32,000 nt of DNA from Prochlorococcus marinus str. NATL2A (GCF_000012465.1 NC_007335.2:1020001-1052000), one strand, 5' to 3'; positions 15,775-24,637 are shown, numbered from the stretch's first letter. The notes: generated by a model from the sequence alone, not told the origin. Numbers and translations are program-made.

Positions 15775-15885
15775 CTAAACTATTACCGCAGAGCCAATTT
15801 GGTAAACACCTGCTATTAAAAGAAAAACGGGAAGGTTTATTAAGACTAATAGTTTAGCTGCAGTAATTTTGTTAATTGCTGGCAT
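15775..15885 (-). CDS. Single-TM micro-protein, 36 aa
   Basis: Hand translation gives MPAINKITAAKLLVLINLPVFLLIAGVYQIGSAVIV. It lies directly upstream of 15527-15742 on the same strand. Confidence 0.35.
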   Translation of the reverse strand: MPAINKITAAKLLVLINLPVFLLIAGVYQIGSAVIV

Positions 15886-16051
15886 AGCTAAAATCTTTTT
15901 GGTTTAAATCGAGAAATTGGTAAGAAACTAACAAGAATTATCCATTACTACAGGTCGGTTCTGGTAGGGCTAACCAGTACGGGTGAAAAAGAGAAATCCC
16001 TCCTCAAGCAGGGCTTAATTCCAGATAGAGTTAGTTATTTGAAGAAGATTT

Positions 16052-16258
16052 ATGAAACACTATTTGCTGTTTTTCACATCAGCTTTATTTTTTACAGCTA
16101 TGAATGCACAAGCTGAAAGTTTTTGGTTGATCCTTCAAAACAGCACCTACGGTATAGAAAAAATAGAAATGAAAAACATGTCGCAATGCGAGGAACAAGG
16201 TAAGGAGTACAAAAAAAGTTCGGGTATTCCTCGTTACTTGTGCTTAATTGGCAAATAA
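16052..16258 (+). CDS. Secreted small protein, 68 aa
   Basis: Signal peptide MKHYLLFFTSALFFTAMNAQA, with two Cys in the mature part. Confidence 0.55.
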   Translation: MKHYLLFFTSALFFTAMNAQAESFWLILQNSTYGIEKIEMKNMSQCEEQGKEYKKSSGIPRYLCLIGK

Positions 16259-16342
16259 GGAAAAGTATCAAAACCAATGCCTAATAGGGGTAACTGGATA
16301 ATTAACTAACTGACTTTTGATTTGGAAACGAATTGAGGTGTT

Positions 16343-16555
16343 TTAACAACAATCACAACCTTTTTCGGATGTAATTGCATTTTCTTCAAAAGTATCAGCA
16401 ATATCTCGAAGCATTAGCGCGATAAAAGCAGGAGGACATTGGAGCTCACTAGCATACTTAGCGTATTGCTGAGCAGTTCCCTGCATTGCTGGAATAATGA
16501 TTTTATCGATTTGATCTTCAGTGGGTGACCACTTCGTTTCACATTTTTCAGTCAT
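16343..16555 (-). CDS. KW[ST]P...EL-x-CP family small protein, 70 aa
   Basis: Sequence MTEKCETKWSPTEDQ...YASELQCPPAFIALMLRDIA...GCDCC. Confidence 0.6.
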   Translation of the reverse strand: MTEKCETKWSPTEDQIDKIIIPAMQGTAQQYAKYASELQCPPAFIALMLRDIADTFEENAITSEKGCDCC

Positions 16556-16643
16556 AGTTTGCAGTCACCAACAACAAGACCATAAATGTATTTTCCATAG
16601 AGTCAATGTATTAAATCCATTTACCACATGTTCAAGCATTTGC

Positions 16644-16829
16644 TCAAACGACACCTAATTTCATTCCACTTTTCACCTTCGCAAGAATCTTATCGTCTAG
16701 ATCATTATCTGTTTGAAGAACGAGCCATTCAATTGCGCTGATAATAAAAGCTTTCATTTGCTTCTTAAAAAATTTTTTCAACATCAAAAAGAGCACTGGC
16801 TTAAGTATTAAGAAAAGGAAACTAACCAT
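16644..16829 (-). CDS. Small membrane protein, 61 aa from ATG 16829
   Basis: The track ORF starts at TTG 16847. The in-frame ATG gives MVSFLFLILKPVLFLMLKKFFKK... Confidence 0.5.
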   Translation of the reverse strand: MVSFLFLILKPVLFLMLKKFFKKQMKAFIISAIEWLVLQTDNDLDDKILAKVKSGMKLGVV

Positions 16830-16876
16830 TGCATACAATTTATTCAATATGGTTTTACCTCATTTTCTCAAATATT

Positions 16877-16912
16877 GGTGTAACCACCCTAAAAAACTTC
16901 GCATTGCACTAC
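16877..16912 (+). other. Conserved 36-nt element (copy 2)
   Basis: GGTGTAACCACCCTAAAAAACTTCGCATTGCACTAC. Here it is in frame with, and uninterrupted up to, the downstream micro-ORF. Confidence 0.4.
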
Positions 16913-16963
16913 AACAACGGCTTTAACAGTTGTTTAAATTCATGGAGTCTTTTTGAATTATTC

Positions 16964-17056
16964 ATGCTTACTCCTTATCACATAATTTTGTTCGCGATAC
17001 TTTTAGTAGTTAGTTCTGCTTCAATTTTTCAAATGTCCACAGCAGAACAAAGCTGA
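16964..17056 (+). CDS. Single-TM micro-protein, 30 aa (M-x-TPYH family)
   Basis: Sequence MLTPYHIILFAILLVVSSASIFQMSTAEQS. The track shows a longer TTG-initiated version from 16829. Confidence 0.45.
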   Translation: MLTPYHIILFAILLVVSSASIFQMSTAEQS

Positions 17057-17145
17057 TGACATCATTTTACATAATTTCCATGGCAGGTTATTTCTATTTG
17101 ATGGCTTGTTTATGGAGGGATTTAAGAAGAACCAAAACAAGTTGA
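17056..17145 (+). CDS. Hydrophobic micro-protein, 29 aa
   Basis: TGATG overlap with the preceding stop. Sequence MTSFYIISMAGYFYLMACLWRDLRRTKTS. Confidence 0.3.
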   Translation: MTSFYIISMAGYFYLMACLWRDLRRTKTS

Positions 17146-17230
17146 AATTAACTTAAATTTTTAATTTTTAAAATTGCTTGGTAACTTCAAAGAAGACTGA
17201 AACAAAATCTCTTGCATTTTTATTAAACCA

Positions 17231-17383
17231 ATGAATAGTATTACAAGATTTTCGGCAATTGGTTTACCTGCGGTAATTGGTGTGGGTATTGCGTGGCTTG
17301 GTAATCGAATTATTAAAAATGAAAAAGTACTCAAAGATCGTGAGTTAGAACTTAAGCTTCACGTAAACAATAAATTCCATTGA
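17231..17383 (+). CDS. Single-TM micro-protein, 50 aa
   Basis: Hand translation gives MNSITRFSAIGLPAVIGVGIAWLGNRIIKNEKVLKDRELELKLHVNNKFH. Confidence 0.4.
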   Translation: MNSITRFSAIGLPAVIGVGIAWLGNRIIKNEKVLKDRELELKLHVNNKFH

Positions 17384-17409
17384 ACTTTTGTAATTAGAGA
17401 GAAAACTCA

Positions 17410-18210
17410 ATGATGAATAATATTGGCCTAATTTTATTTGATATAGATGGGGTTATTCGTGACGTGACCAACAGCTATCGATTAGCTATCCAAGAAACTG
17501 TAAATTTTTTTAGTGGGTGGAGACCCTCAATAGAAGATATTGATTCTATAAAAAGTGAAGGCTGTTGGAACAACGATTGGGATTTGAGCCTAGAAATGAT
17601 TAATAGACATGTACAAAAAAACAATCTTTCTTTTTCAGCTCCGTCTAGAAAAATTTTAATTGAATGCTTTGAAAACTTTTATTTTGGTGGAGATCCAAAT
17701 CATGACTCTAGTGAATGGTCAGGCTTTATTAAAGATGAGACGTTATTAGTCAAAAAAACATTTTTTGAGGAATTAACTCAGCGAAGAATTGGTTGGGGTT
17801 TCGTAAGTGGAGCTGAATTACCATCAGCGAAATTTGTTTTAGAGCAAAGGCTCGGCTTAGCCTCTGCTCCCTTGATTGCAATGGGTGAAGCACCAGAAAA
17901 ACCTGATCCAACAGGTTTTATTTCATTATCATCAAAACTTTCAAAAAAGCCCTTAGGTTTTTCCAATCCCCCAATTGCATATATTGGAGATACTGTTGCA
18001 GACGTTAAAACAGTTATAAATGCTCGAATTAAGATCCCTGATCAGAAATTTATCAGTCTCGCGATTGCCCCCCCACACTTACATGTAGATTCAAGTAGAG
18101 AGAAACGTCTCAGATATGAGGCAGAGTTAAAAAAAGCAGGTGCAGATTTGATAATTAAATCGATGGACAATTTAAAAAATGAAACCCTAAATTTGTTCAT
18201 AAACCAATAG
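17410..18210 (+). CDS. HAD-superfamily hydrolase, 266 aa
   Basis: Track ORF with motif I LILFDIDGVIRDV, a later GFVSGA (motif II-like) and GDTVADVKT (motif IV-like). Confidence 0.8.
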   Translation: MMNNIGLILFDIDGVIRDVTNSYRLAIQETVNFFSGWRPSIEDIDSIKSEGCWNNDWDLSLEMINRHVQKNNLSFSAPSRKILIECFENFYFGGDPNHDSSEWSGFIKDETLLVKKTFFEELTQRRIGWGFVSGAELPSAKFVLEQRLGLASAPLIAMGEAPEKPDPTGFISLSSKLSKKPLGFSNPPIAYIGDTVADVKTVINARIKIPDQKFISLAIAPPHLHVDSSREKRLRYEAELKKAGADLIIKSMDNLKNETLNLFINQ

Positions 18211-18369
18211 ATAATTAAATAATTCAATTTTTTAATTCTTACAATTTCTCAATTGTCCAAAAAAAATATTTATATAAAATTTCTAAATTGAATATGTTAG
18301 AAAGGTAGTTAAAACAATTGGTTAGTTTTGAGTAGTTATCAATCTTTGAGACGTAACTGCAAAACAATA

Positions 18370-18654
18370 TCAAACTGAGACTGCTTCAGCATTAATTACA
18401 TCATCGTCTGACATGTTTACGTCATCATCATTTGATTTTTTATTTTGAAAAATATAGTAAGCAGCTCCGCCTGCAACTGTAGTGGAGACAATCAATCCAG
18501 AAATAAGTGTGAGTGCAACAAGTCCTCCTATAAGGCCACCTTTCAAACGAAGAAGGTTTGATTTAATTAAAAGAAGTAAAAGTAATGTTGAAGTTGCTTT
18601 TAACGAAGCGATTCTTAAAGCTGTTAAAGGCCAAAAAGGATTAAAAAAAAACAT
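18370..18654 (-). CDS. Membrane protein with acidic tail, 94 aa
   Basis: Track ORF with the Gly-rich TM GGLIGGLVALTLISGLIVSTTVAGGAAYYIF and the tail NDDDVNMSDDDV. Confidence 0.45.
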   Translation of the reverse strand: MFFFNPFWPLTALRIASLKATSTLLLLLLIKSNLLRLKGGLIGGLVALTLISGLIVSTTVAGGAAYYIFQNKKSNDDDVNMSDDDVINAEAVSV

Positions 18655-18709
18655 TTTAAAATTTCTTTCTTTAAATGTAGAGGCTTTTTGGACTTATTGA
18701 GGAAAAAAA

Positions 18710-18892
18710 CTAGAAAATGGTGAAATTCCTAGTAATTCCTTTAGGTGTAACAAACTTTTGTACAACTTCTTCACTCATACATTCAGTTGGATAGGAGATC
18801 ACATTCTTTGCCGTGAATCCTGCACCAATTGCAACCACTCCAATCACAAAAATCCATTTTGATCTTTCACTTGATATAAGTCTGTTAATCAT
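18710..18892 (-). CDS. Small membrane protein, 60 aa
   Basis: Track ORF with the TM WIFVIGVVAIGAGFTA. Its start overlaps the upstream gene by 8 nt. Confidence 0.45.
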   Translation of the reverse strand: MINRLISSERSKWIFVIGVVAIGAGFTAKNVISYPTECMSEEVVQKFVTPKGITRNFTIF

Positions 18893-19091
18893 TTACGAAA
18901 AACTCATTTATTTTTATTCTGTCAAAAAGTCTGTGTATTGGGTCAAAAAGATATTTATCCAGATTTTTATCAGCATTTTGAGAAGTCATAACCCAATAAA
19001 TAAAAACCCCAATACAAAGAAGAGTTAATATCTTCGGCCAAAAGTTTTCTGGATAATTCGAATCAGAGTTGAATTCGTCTTCTTTTCTCAT
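18885..19091 (-). CDS. Small membrane protein, 68 aa
   Basis: Track ORF with the TM ILTLLCIGVFIYWVM and a TAATG overlap with the upstream gene. Confidence 0.5.
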   Translation of the reverse strand: MRKEDEFNSDSNYPENFWPKILTLLCIGVFIYWVMTSQNADKNLDKYLFDPIHRLFDRIKINEFFVND

Positions 19092-19303
19092 TACTTCCAG
19101 CGTATACGTTCTGGATGATCTTTTTCAATTTTTCTAAGTAACAAAATCACACCGACAAGACTCAATGGTCCAATTACAAGAGCAACTTGGATAAAGCCTT
19201 TAATTAAAGGATCTAAAACCGCAAAAAAACCCATCATCTCAAAAACTGTCACCGCCATTACAGCAAATAATCTTGATAGTGAATTTGGAGAAATAAAGTG
19301 CAT
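19091..19303 (-). CDS. Small two-TM membrane protein, 70 aa
   Basis: Track ORF with an ATG start and two hydrophobic helices. Confidence 0.55.
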   Translation of the reverse strand: MHFISPNSLSRLFAVMAVTVFEMMGFFAVLDPLIKGFIQVALVIGPLSLVGVILLLRKIEKDHPERIRWK

Positions 19304-19546
19304 ATCTTCTGGCAGCTTTACTTGTTGCTTTTATCTTAGTATTAGCTTGAATATGAATATTCTCTTTAATATTTTTTGAATGTGCGGTCAACGTCCAAAT
19401 ATTCGAATTGTCCGTCCTCGGATTTTCTCTGCTAAACAACAAACCCAGTTTCAATCTCTAGTAAGTTTCTTTAAAAAACATTAGCTATCGTGTTAGGAAG
19501 ATTTCAATAAAGTTGCTAATTTCGTATTAGCTCAAAATTAATTTAA

Positions 19547-20143
19547 TTGACCTTCAGATCATTATTGTTATTCGCACATCTACAAGCTTTTCTCATCCCA
19601 ATCATTATTGGAATTAAGTCCAGGAACAAATTCAAGCAAATTAGATTTCCTTTGCTAACCCCTTTTGCCTTTATCTCACTAGGTCTTGCCTCAATGTTTG
19701 AGATGTTCGATCATACGACTACGGATTGGATATATGTAGATCACTCATCAATATACAATTGGCTGTTTTATTCATTTCTTTCTATTGGATTATCGTTCTT
19801 TACTATTTCAGTAGCTAAAAACAAGTCGATCATAACTAATAATATTTTGTTAATAATTGCCGCGGTTTTTTCTTATTGGTTTCTAGGCAAGTCAACAACT
19901 ATTTTAATTCAAGTATTGATAAGTATTCTACTTATATCGCAATGGTGGAGCCGCTTTAAAGATTGGGTCTTCCTTATTTATCCGATCACGGGAGTAATCT
20001 TTACTACTTTTTTCGGAATTCTACTTTCAAGTTCAGGTGAACAAATATGGCATGTATTTATAGGTCCATCTGGAACGATAAGTGTTTTAACTTTTTACGC
20101 AGTTTTAAAGAGATCAAGAAAAAAAGAAATCATTTCTGCTTAA
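19547..20143 (+). CDS. Polytopic membrane protein, 198 aa (TTG start uncertain)
   Basis: Track ORF with about six hydrophobic segments and no recognisable family. Confidence 0.55.
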   Translation: MTFRSLLLFAHLQAFLIPIIIGIKSRNKFKQIRFPLLTPFAFISLGLASMFEMFDHTTTDWIYVDHSSIYNWLFYSFLSIGLSFFTISVAKNKSIITNNILLIIAAVFSYWFLGKSTTILIQVLISILLISQWWSRFKDWVFLIYPITGVIFTTFFGILLSSSGEQIWHVFIGPSGTISVLTFYAVLKRSRKKEIISA

Positions 20144-20253
20144 TCAGATATTGATCAACTTCTAGATCCCTGTGATTTATTTAAATTACATTTGCAGTTA
20201 TCTTCTTAGATAAGATGATTCAACCCCTAACTTAGTTTATTGTTTAAAAGCTA

Positions 20254-20418
20254 ATGAGTCTAAGTTCTCATAGACAACACAAAATTTATCTTGCTGCAAC
20301 GATGGGCTATGGACTTGGTTCAGATGATCCAGAAGAATTGGCCCTTTACGAAATGATCAAGAAAGAAATTGAAACAGACATTAAAAACAGACATATAGGC
20401 ATTCAAAGAACTGATTAG
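20254..20418 (+). CDS. Hypothetical small protein, 54 aa
   Basis: Hand translation gives MSLSSHRQHKIYLAATMGYGLGSDDPEELALYEMIKKEIETDIKNRHIGIQRTD. Confidence 0.35.
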   Translation: MSLSSHRQHKIYLAATMGYGLGSDDPEELALYEMIKKEIETDIKNRHIGIQRTD

Positions 20419-20483
20419 ACTCTCATTTCAGAAAGTGTCTAAAGATAGGAATAGGCTCCTCAACTTCGCTAACTTAAACATCT

Positions 20484-20555
20484 GCGGGTGTAGTTCAGTG
20501 GTAGAACGTCAGCTTCCCAAGCTGAATGTCGCCAGTTCGAGTCTGGTCATCCGCT
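20484..20555 (+). tRNA. tRNA-Gly (anticodon CCC), 72 nt, CCA not encoded
   Basis: Manual cloverleaf: acceptor GCGGGTG/CATCCGC, D stem GTTC/GAAC, anticodon stem TCAGC/GCTGA with loop TTCCCAA, T stem GCCAG/CTGGT with loop TTCGAGT, discriminator T. The track ORF 20435-20620 is spurious over it. Confidence 0.92.
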
Positions 20556-20659
20556 TAAAACAAAAAGAAGGGGTTCTAATTGTGTGGTGTAACTCACAAC
20601 TGCAAGTTCAGTCCACATAAAACAACTGATATAGACATAATTAATTTTTTAAGATTTCC

Positions 20660-21004
20660 ATGGATAATCCCTCGAAGGAACAAATTCTTGCATCATCCAG
20701 TGGATGGGTAGCTACAACATTAAATTTTCTTCCAGGATTAGGTGCTGGATACCTTTACCAACGTCGCTGGATTCCTTACTTTGCAACTGGAGGAGCTGCT
20801 ACAGCTTGGTTCGTTTTAGGTGCCATTTTGAATGGTGATACAGAGCCAACAAAATCTCAACAATTAATTGGGATAGGAGGCTTATTTTTGATTTCAATCA
20901 CCACAATGATTGAGGCTAAAATTGCTCATAAGAAAGCAACATTAGCCGTAGAAGAACAACTACAGGCAAAAACTCAAAAGAAAAAAACAGGTCTTTTTAG
21001 ATAA
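20660..21004 (+). CDS. Membrane protein, 114 aa
   Basis: Track ORF with several Gly-rich hydrophobic segments and a basic C-terminus. Confidence 0.6.
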   Translation: MDNPSKEQILASSSGWVATTLNFLPGLGAGYLYQRRWIPYFATGGAATAWFVLGAILNGDTEPTKSQQLIGIGGLFLISITTMIEAKIAHKKATLAVEEQLQAKTQKKKTGLFR

Positions 21005-21434
21005 GCAACCAATTCGCAAAATGAGAAGTACTTATATTTCAAATAACTTAGTTCTGTAAAAAGAGGCTGAAGATATGACTAATGCGACAGAATTCTAAAT
21101 AAGAATATGGAAAAATCTTTTTTATTTCTAATTATTCGATCTAATAAGAGTCTCTTGAGACAAGCTTATTCAGCTTCGAGATTTATGTTCCGTCTAAAGA
21201 ATGGACAGCAGTCAATGAAAGTGAATAGAACAAAACTTATGAAAGAAGAAAAAATTATTTGTCTTTATAGAGATATAAAGAAAGAGTCGTTGTACTGCCA
21301 ATTTATTAGAGCAAGCTGGAGAAAGTAAATCAATCACAATGTTTTCTAATCATGAAGGAAGACCTTTAATTAAGGAAGTCGGCTTCATTTATGATTCAAC
21401 CGTCATCACAAGTTACTCAAAAATTAATTAAAAG

Positions 21435-21686
21435 ATGAAACACTTTCTTTCTCTTGTTGTATTTGCTCTATTTATGAGTGGCTGTACCAAGAACACATCT
21501 CCAGTCAGTTCCTTAAAAACAAATGTAATCTCTGAAACTCAAAGGCAAAGAAATCTTTGCCTAGATTGGTATGCCTACAGAATTGAAACGGAAAAAGCAA
21601 TCTCAGACCTAAATCTCAAGACAGAAAAAGAATCTGATTTAATGGTTTATTGTGAGTTTTTTAAAAATGTAGCTGATACGAATTAA
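21435..21686 (+). CDS. Small lipoprotein of the secreted two-Cys family, 83 aa
   Basis: Sequence MKHFLSLVVFALFMSGCTKN has a lipobox. The mature part has C-x30-C (NLCLDWY...LMVYCEFF). Confidence 0.6.
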   Translation: MKHFLSLVVFALFMSGCTKNTSPVSSLKTNVISETQRQRNLCLDWYAYRIETEKAISDLNLKTEKESDLMVYCEFFKNVADTN

Positions 21687-21898
21687 TTTGTAAAACGGAT
21701 TGTATTGGCCATCTACTTTTATGTCTTGCAACTTTCTCATCGACATAACTGAATCAACAATATTACACTCCCAATTTTTTAAGTCTTATCTACTGGTTCA
21801 AAATAAAATTTTCAGCATTAAAGCTACGGATCTATGCTAGAAATATAAATGAAAGAATCATCAAATTAAAAGACTTAACTAACCACCAATAGGTCTGA

Positions 21899-23593
21899 AT
21901 GAGCAGTACTGAAGCTATGCCGAAAACAAGAACTTTTTCTGAGTTTGCGAAACAGGCTGACTACTCACTCATGGATTCACTCAAAGCTGACCCTCAGGCA
22001 ACTGACGATGGTGACGACCACCTAACACGAGAAGTCTTTTCTGGTCACTATGTACCTGTCACTCCAACAGCGATTTCAAAGCCGGAATATGTCACGCACA
22101 GTAAAACATTATTTAACGAATTAGGCCTGAGTCAAGAACTTGCTCTAGATGAACTTTTTCGTCGTCTATTTTCAGGCGATATAAGCGTTGCAACAGCACC
22201 CATGCGACCAGTTGGTTGGGCTACTGGTTACGCACTATCGATCTATGGAACTGAATATACTCAGCAGTGTCCATTTGGGACAGGTAACGGCTATGGAGAT
22301 GGTAGAGCAATTTCAGTATTTGAAGGTCTATTTAATGGCAAAAGATGGGAGATGCAACTTAAGGGAGGAGGGCCTACACCATACTGCAGAGGAGCTGACG
22401 GACGAGCAGTGCTACGTTCAAGTGTTCGTGAGTTTTTGGCGCAGGATTATATGCAGTCACTTGGAGTACCAACATCACGATCTCTCACACTATATGCCTC
22501 TAGATCTGAAACAGTACGCAGACCTTGGTATACAAAAGACTCAAATTCAATCAATCCAGACATATTGGTAGAGACCCCAGCCGCAATCTCAACACGAGTT
22601 GCACCATCATTCTTACGGGTTGGTCAGATAGAACTCTTTGCACGTCGAGTACGCAACAATGAGCATCAAGATGCAATGAAAGAGCTCGAGATGATTGTGA
22701 AGCACTTAATCGTAAGAAATTATAAGAAAGAAATTGATCCGACCCTTAGCTTTAGCAATCAAGTCGTTGAGCTCGCAAATTCATTCCGAGAACGACTCAC
22801 ATCATTAGTAGCCAATTGGATGCGGATCGGCTATTGCCAAGGTAATTTCAACAGTGACAACTGTGCTGCAGGTGGTTTCACCCTCGATTACGGTCCATTT
22901 GGATTTTGCGAACTCTTCGATCCGAGATTCCAACCTTGGACAGGAGGTGGTGAACATTTTGCATTCTTTAACCAACAAGTTGCTGCCGAAGCAAATTATC
23001 AAATGTTTTGGGGGGCTCTTCGACCTCTGCTTAATGGCAACGCAGAGTCACTGGAAAGGCTCGATAGTATCCGTGATGGATTTACTACAGTCATGAATCA
23101 AAAAATGGAAAACATGTGGGCAAAGAAACTAGGCCTAGTCACCTATGACGCACCTTTAGTAAACGAAATGCTACGGCTCATGGTTCACACAAAGGTGGAC
23201 TACACAATCTTTTTCCGAAAACTTTCAAGTATTCCAAACAAACTTACGGACTTAAAAGATAGTTTCTATCTACCAATTTCAGAAGAGACTGAGAGCAAGT
23301 GGATCAGTTGGCTACAAAGATGGCGGGAGCAAGTAATAAGCAAAGGTGATCAAAATGAAATTTCGGCAAAGATGAAAAGCATTAATCCTAAATACACTTG
23401 GCGGGAATGGCTCATTACACCAGCATACGAAAAGGCAGAGGAAGGCGATTATGGCCTCATAAAAGAGCTTCAAGCTGTTTTAGATGAACCTTACGAGGAG
23501 CAATCATTAGAAATACAGAAAAAATATGACAGACTTAAGCCCAAGAAATTCTTTGGAGCTGGGGGGGTTTCCCATTACAGCTGTTCATCATGA
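21899..23593 (+). CDS. selO: SelO/YdiU-family protein adenylyltransferase (pseudokinase fold), long form, 564 aa
   Basis: Track ORF with [48 protein letters not shown] and [26 protein letters not shown], which match SelO signature blocks. The C-terminus is ...[10 protein letters not shown]. Confidence 0.9.
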   Translation: MSSTEAMPKTRTFSEFAKQADYSLMDSLKADPQATDDGDDHLTREVFSGHYVPVTPTAISKPEYVTHSKTLFNELGLSQELALDELFRRLFSGDISVATAPMRPVGWATGYALSIYGTEYTQQCPFGTGNGYGDGRAISVFEGLFNGKRWEMQLKGGGPTPYCRGADGRAVLRSSVREFLAQDYMQSLGVPTSRSLTLYASRSETVRRPWYTKDSNSINPDILVETPAAISTRVAPSFLRVGQIELFARRVRNNEHQDAMKELEMIVKHLIVRNYKKEIDPTLSFSNQVVELANSFRERLTSLVANWMRIGYCQGNFNSDNCAAGGFTLDYGPFGFCELFDPRFQPWTGGGEHFAFFNQQVAAEANYQMFWGALRPLLNGNAESLERLDSIRDGFTTVMNQKMENMWAKKLGLVTYDAPLVNEMLRLMVHTKVDYTIFFRKLSSIPNKLTDLKDSFYLPISEETESKWISWLQRWREQVISKGDQNEISAKMKSINPKYTWREWLITPAYEKAEEGDYGLIKELQAVLDEPYEEQSLEIQKKYDRLKPKKFFGAGGVSHYSCSS

Positions 23594-23778
23594 AATAAAA
23601 CCAAAATTCAAATTCTACGTAGCAAGGGTTGTGAATTAAAAAAAAAGCTTAATTATCCTCAATAGGAAAAGCAAGCATAAAAAGATTCTTTTGATGGCTT
23701 TTTTATATAGGTAACCGAACAAAACAAGCTCTCGCTAAATAAATAATTGAAACATCATTAATTGATTGAGTCAAAACT

Positions 23779-23907
23779 ATGTCTGAAGAAACAAAGTCTA
23801 AAATCAGAATTTTTCTTCCATTTAGTTGGTTCATCCCAGCTCTTATTTCTTTTGGAGTGATCAATTTTCATCAAATCTCAGCTGGCATCTCACCAATATC
23901 CATTTAG
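23779..23907 (+). CDS. Micro-protein, 42 aa, one hydrophobic segment
   Basis: Hand translation gives MSEETKSKIRIFLPFSWFIPALISFGVINFHQISAGISPISI. Confidence 0.3.
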   Translation: MSEETKSKIRIFLPFSWFIPALISFGVINFHQISAGISPISI

Positions 23908-23911
23908 TACT

Positions 23912-24046
23912 ATGTCATCACACATCCCTGAGTTCTATGAATCAATAGTTGAGGCTTCAAACAGAGGAGAGTTGTGGGGACTTGATCAATTTTCCAATAA
24001 CACTAATCAACTTGAGATCAACTTCGATCCTACTGTTTATAAATGA
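23912..24046 (+). CDS. Micro-protein, 44 aa
   Basis: Sequence MSSHIPEFYESIVEASNRGELWGLDQFSNNTNQLEINFDPTVYK. It starts 4 nt after the previous stop. Confidence 0.3.
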   Translation: MSSHIPEFYESIVEASNRGELWGLDQFSNNTNQLEINFDPTVYK

Positions 24047-24213
24047 TGCAAGACTTCGATAAAATAAATCCTCTAAACCAGAAAGATAGAGAATTACTTT
24101 CTGATTTAAAATCTACCTTTGACCTTGGGACACAGACAATTATCGGCCAGGATGAAGATGAGATAATTGATGACCTTATTGATTTAATGGCAGAAAAAAC
24201 TGAAGAACAATAA
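24043..24213 (+). CDS. Acidic small protein, 56 aa
   Basis: ATGA overlap with the previous ORF. Sequence MMQDFDKINPLNQKDRELLSDLKSTFDLGTQTIIGQDEDEIIDDLIDLMAEKTEEQ. Confidence 0.35.
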   Translation: MMQDFDKINPLNQKDRELLSDLKSTFDLGTQTIIGQDEDEIIDDLIDLMAEKTEEQ

Positions 24214-24321
24214 TTAACCTTGAACTCTAATTTATTTCTTTGAATTTAGGTAATTGAAATTGTAAGTATGACTAAAATACAAATAATTAAATGATACTTC
24301 CGAAAGTCAAAAAGCAATCAT

Positions 24322-24567
24322 TTAGCTATTAATTTTATTCCAAATAATTTCGGCATCTCTGAGGATATAGATAGCCTCTTTTCTACCAACGGCTTTTTCT
24401 GCATCATTCATTAACTTAATGTACCTCTCTCTCAATGCCTGCTTTTCCATGACAACTTTGGTAAACATATGAAGCTTTTCATGTTGATCGTCTACTTTGC
24501 TATTGACTACATTCTTTATGAAGCCATGTGGGGACCTAGCTTTTACCCGAACATTGTGTCTACTCAT
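24322..24567 (-). CDS. Hypothetical basic protein, 81 aa
   Basis: Track ORF with an ATG start. Confidence 0.5.
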   Translation of the reverse strand: MSRHNVRVKARSPHGFIKNVVNSKVDDQHEKLHMFTKVVMEKQALRERYIKLMNDAEKAVGRKEAIYILRDAEIIWNKINS

Positions 24568-24637
24568 TTAACTAAATCTTGGTTACTGATTTATCAATAA
24601 TTATTCTGCGAAGGGATATTATCAACCGCGTGTAGGG

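Noticed and set aside
17778-18227. Track ORFs 17778-17966 (-) and 18042-18227 (-)
   Set aside because: They are antisense to the HAD hydrolase gene.
18482-19454. Track ORFs 18482-18700 (+), 18813-19028 (+) and 19239-19454 (-)
   Set aside because: They are antisense to, or overlap, the coupled four-gene membrane-protein array. The 19239-19454 ORF overlaps 19091-19303 out of frame and has poor composition.
20435-20620. Track ORF (61 aa, +)
   Set aside because: It runs straight through the tRNA-Gly gene.
21107-21328. Track ORF (73 aa, +), very basic
   Set aside because: It has no paralogue, no obvious SD sequence, and a low-complexity Lys/Arg/Ser composition. I cannot support it as a gene, though I cannot exclude it either.
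22188-23096. Track ORFs 22188-22571 (+), 22805-23002 (-) and 22854-23096 (+)
   Set aside because: They are alternative-frame or antisense ORFs nested inside the confidently identified selO gene.
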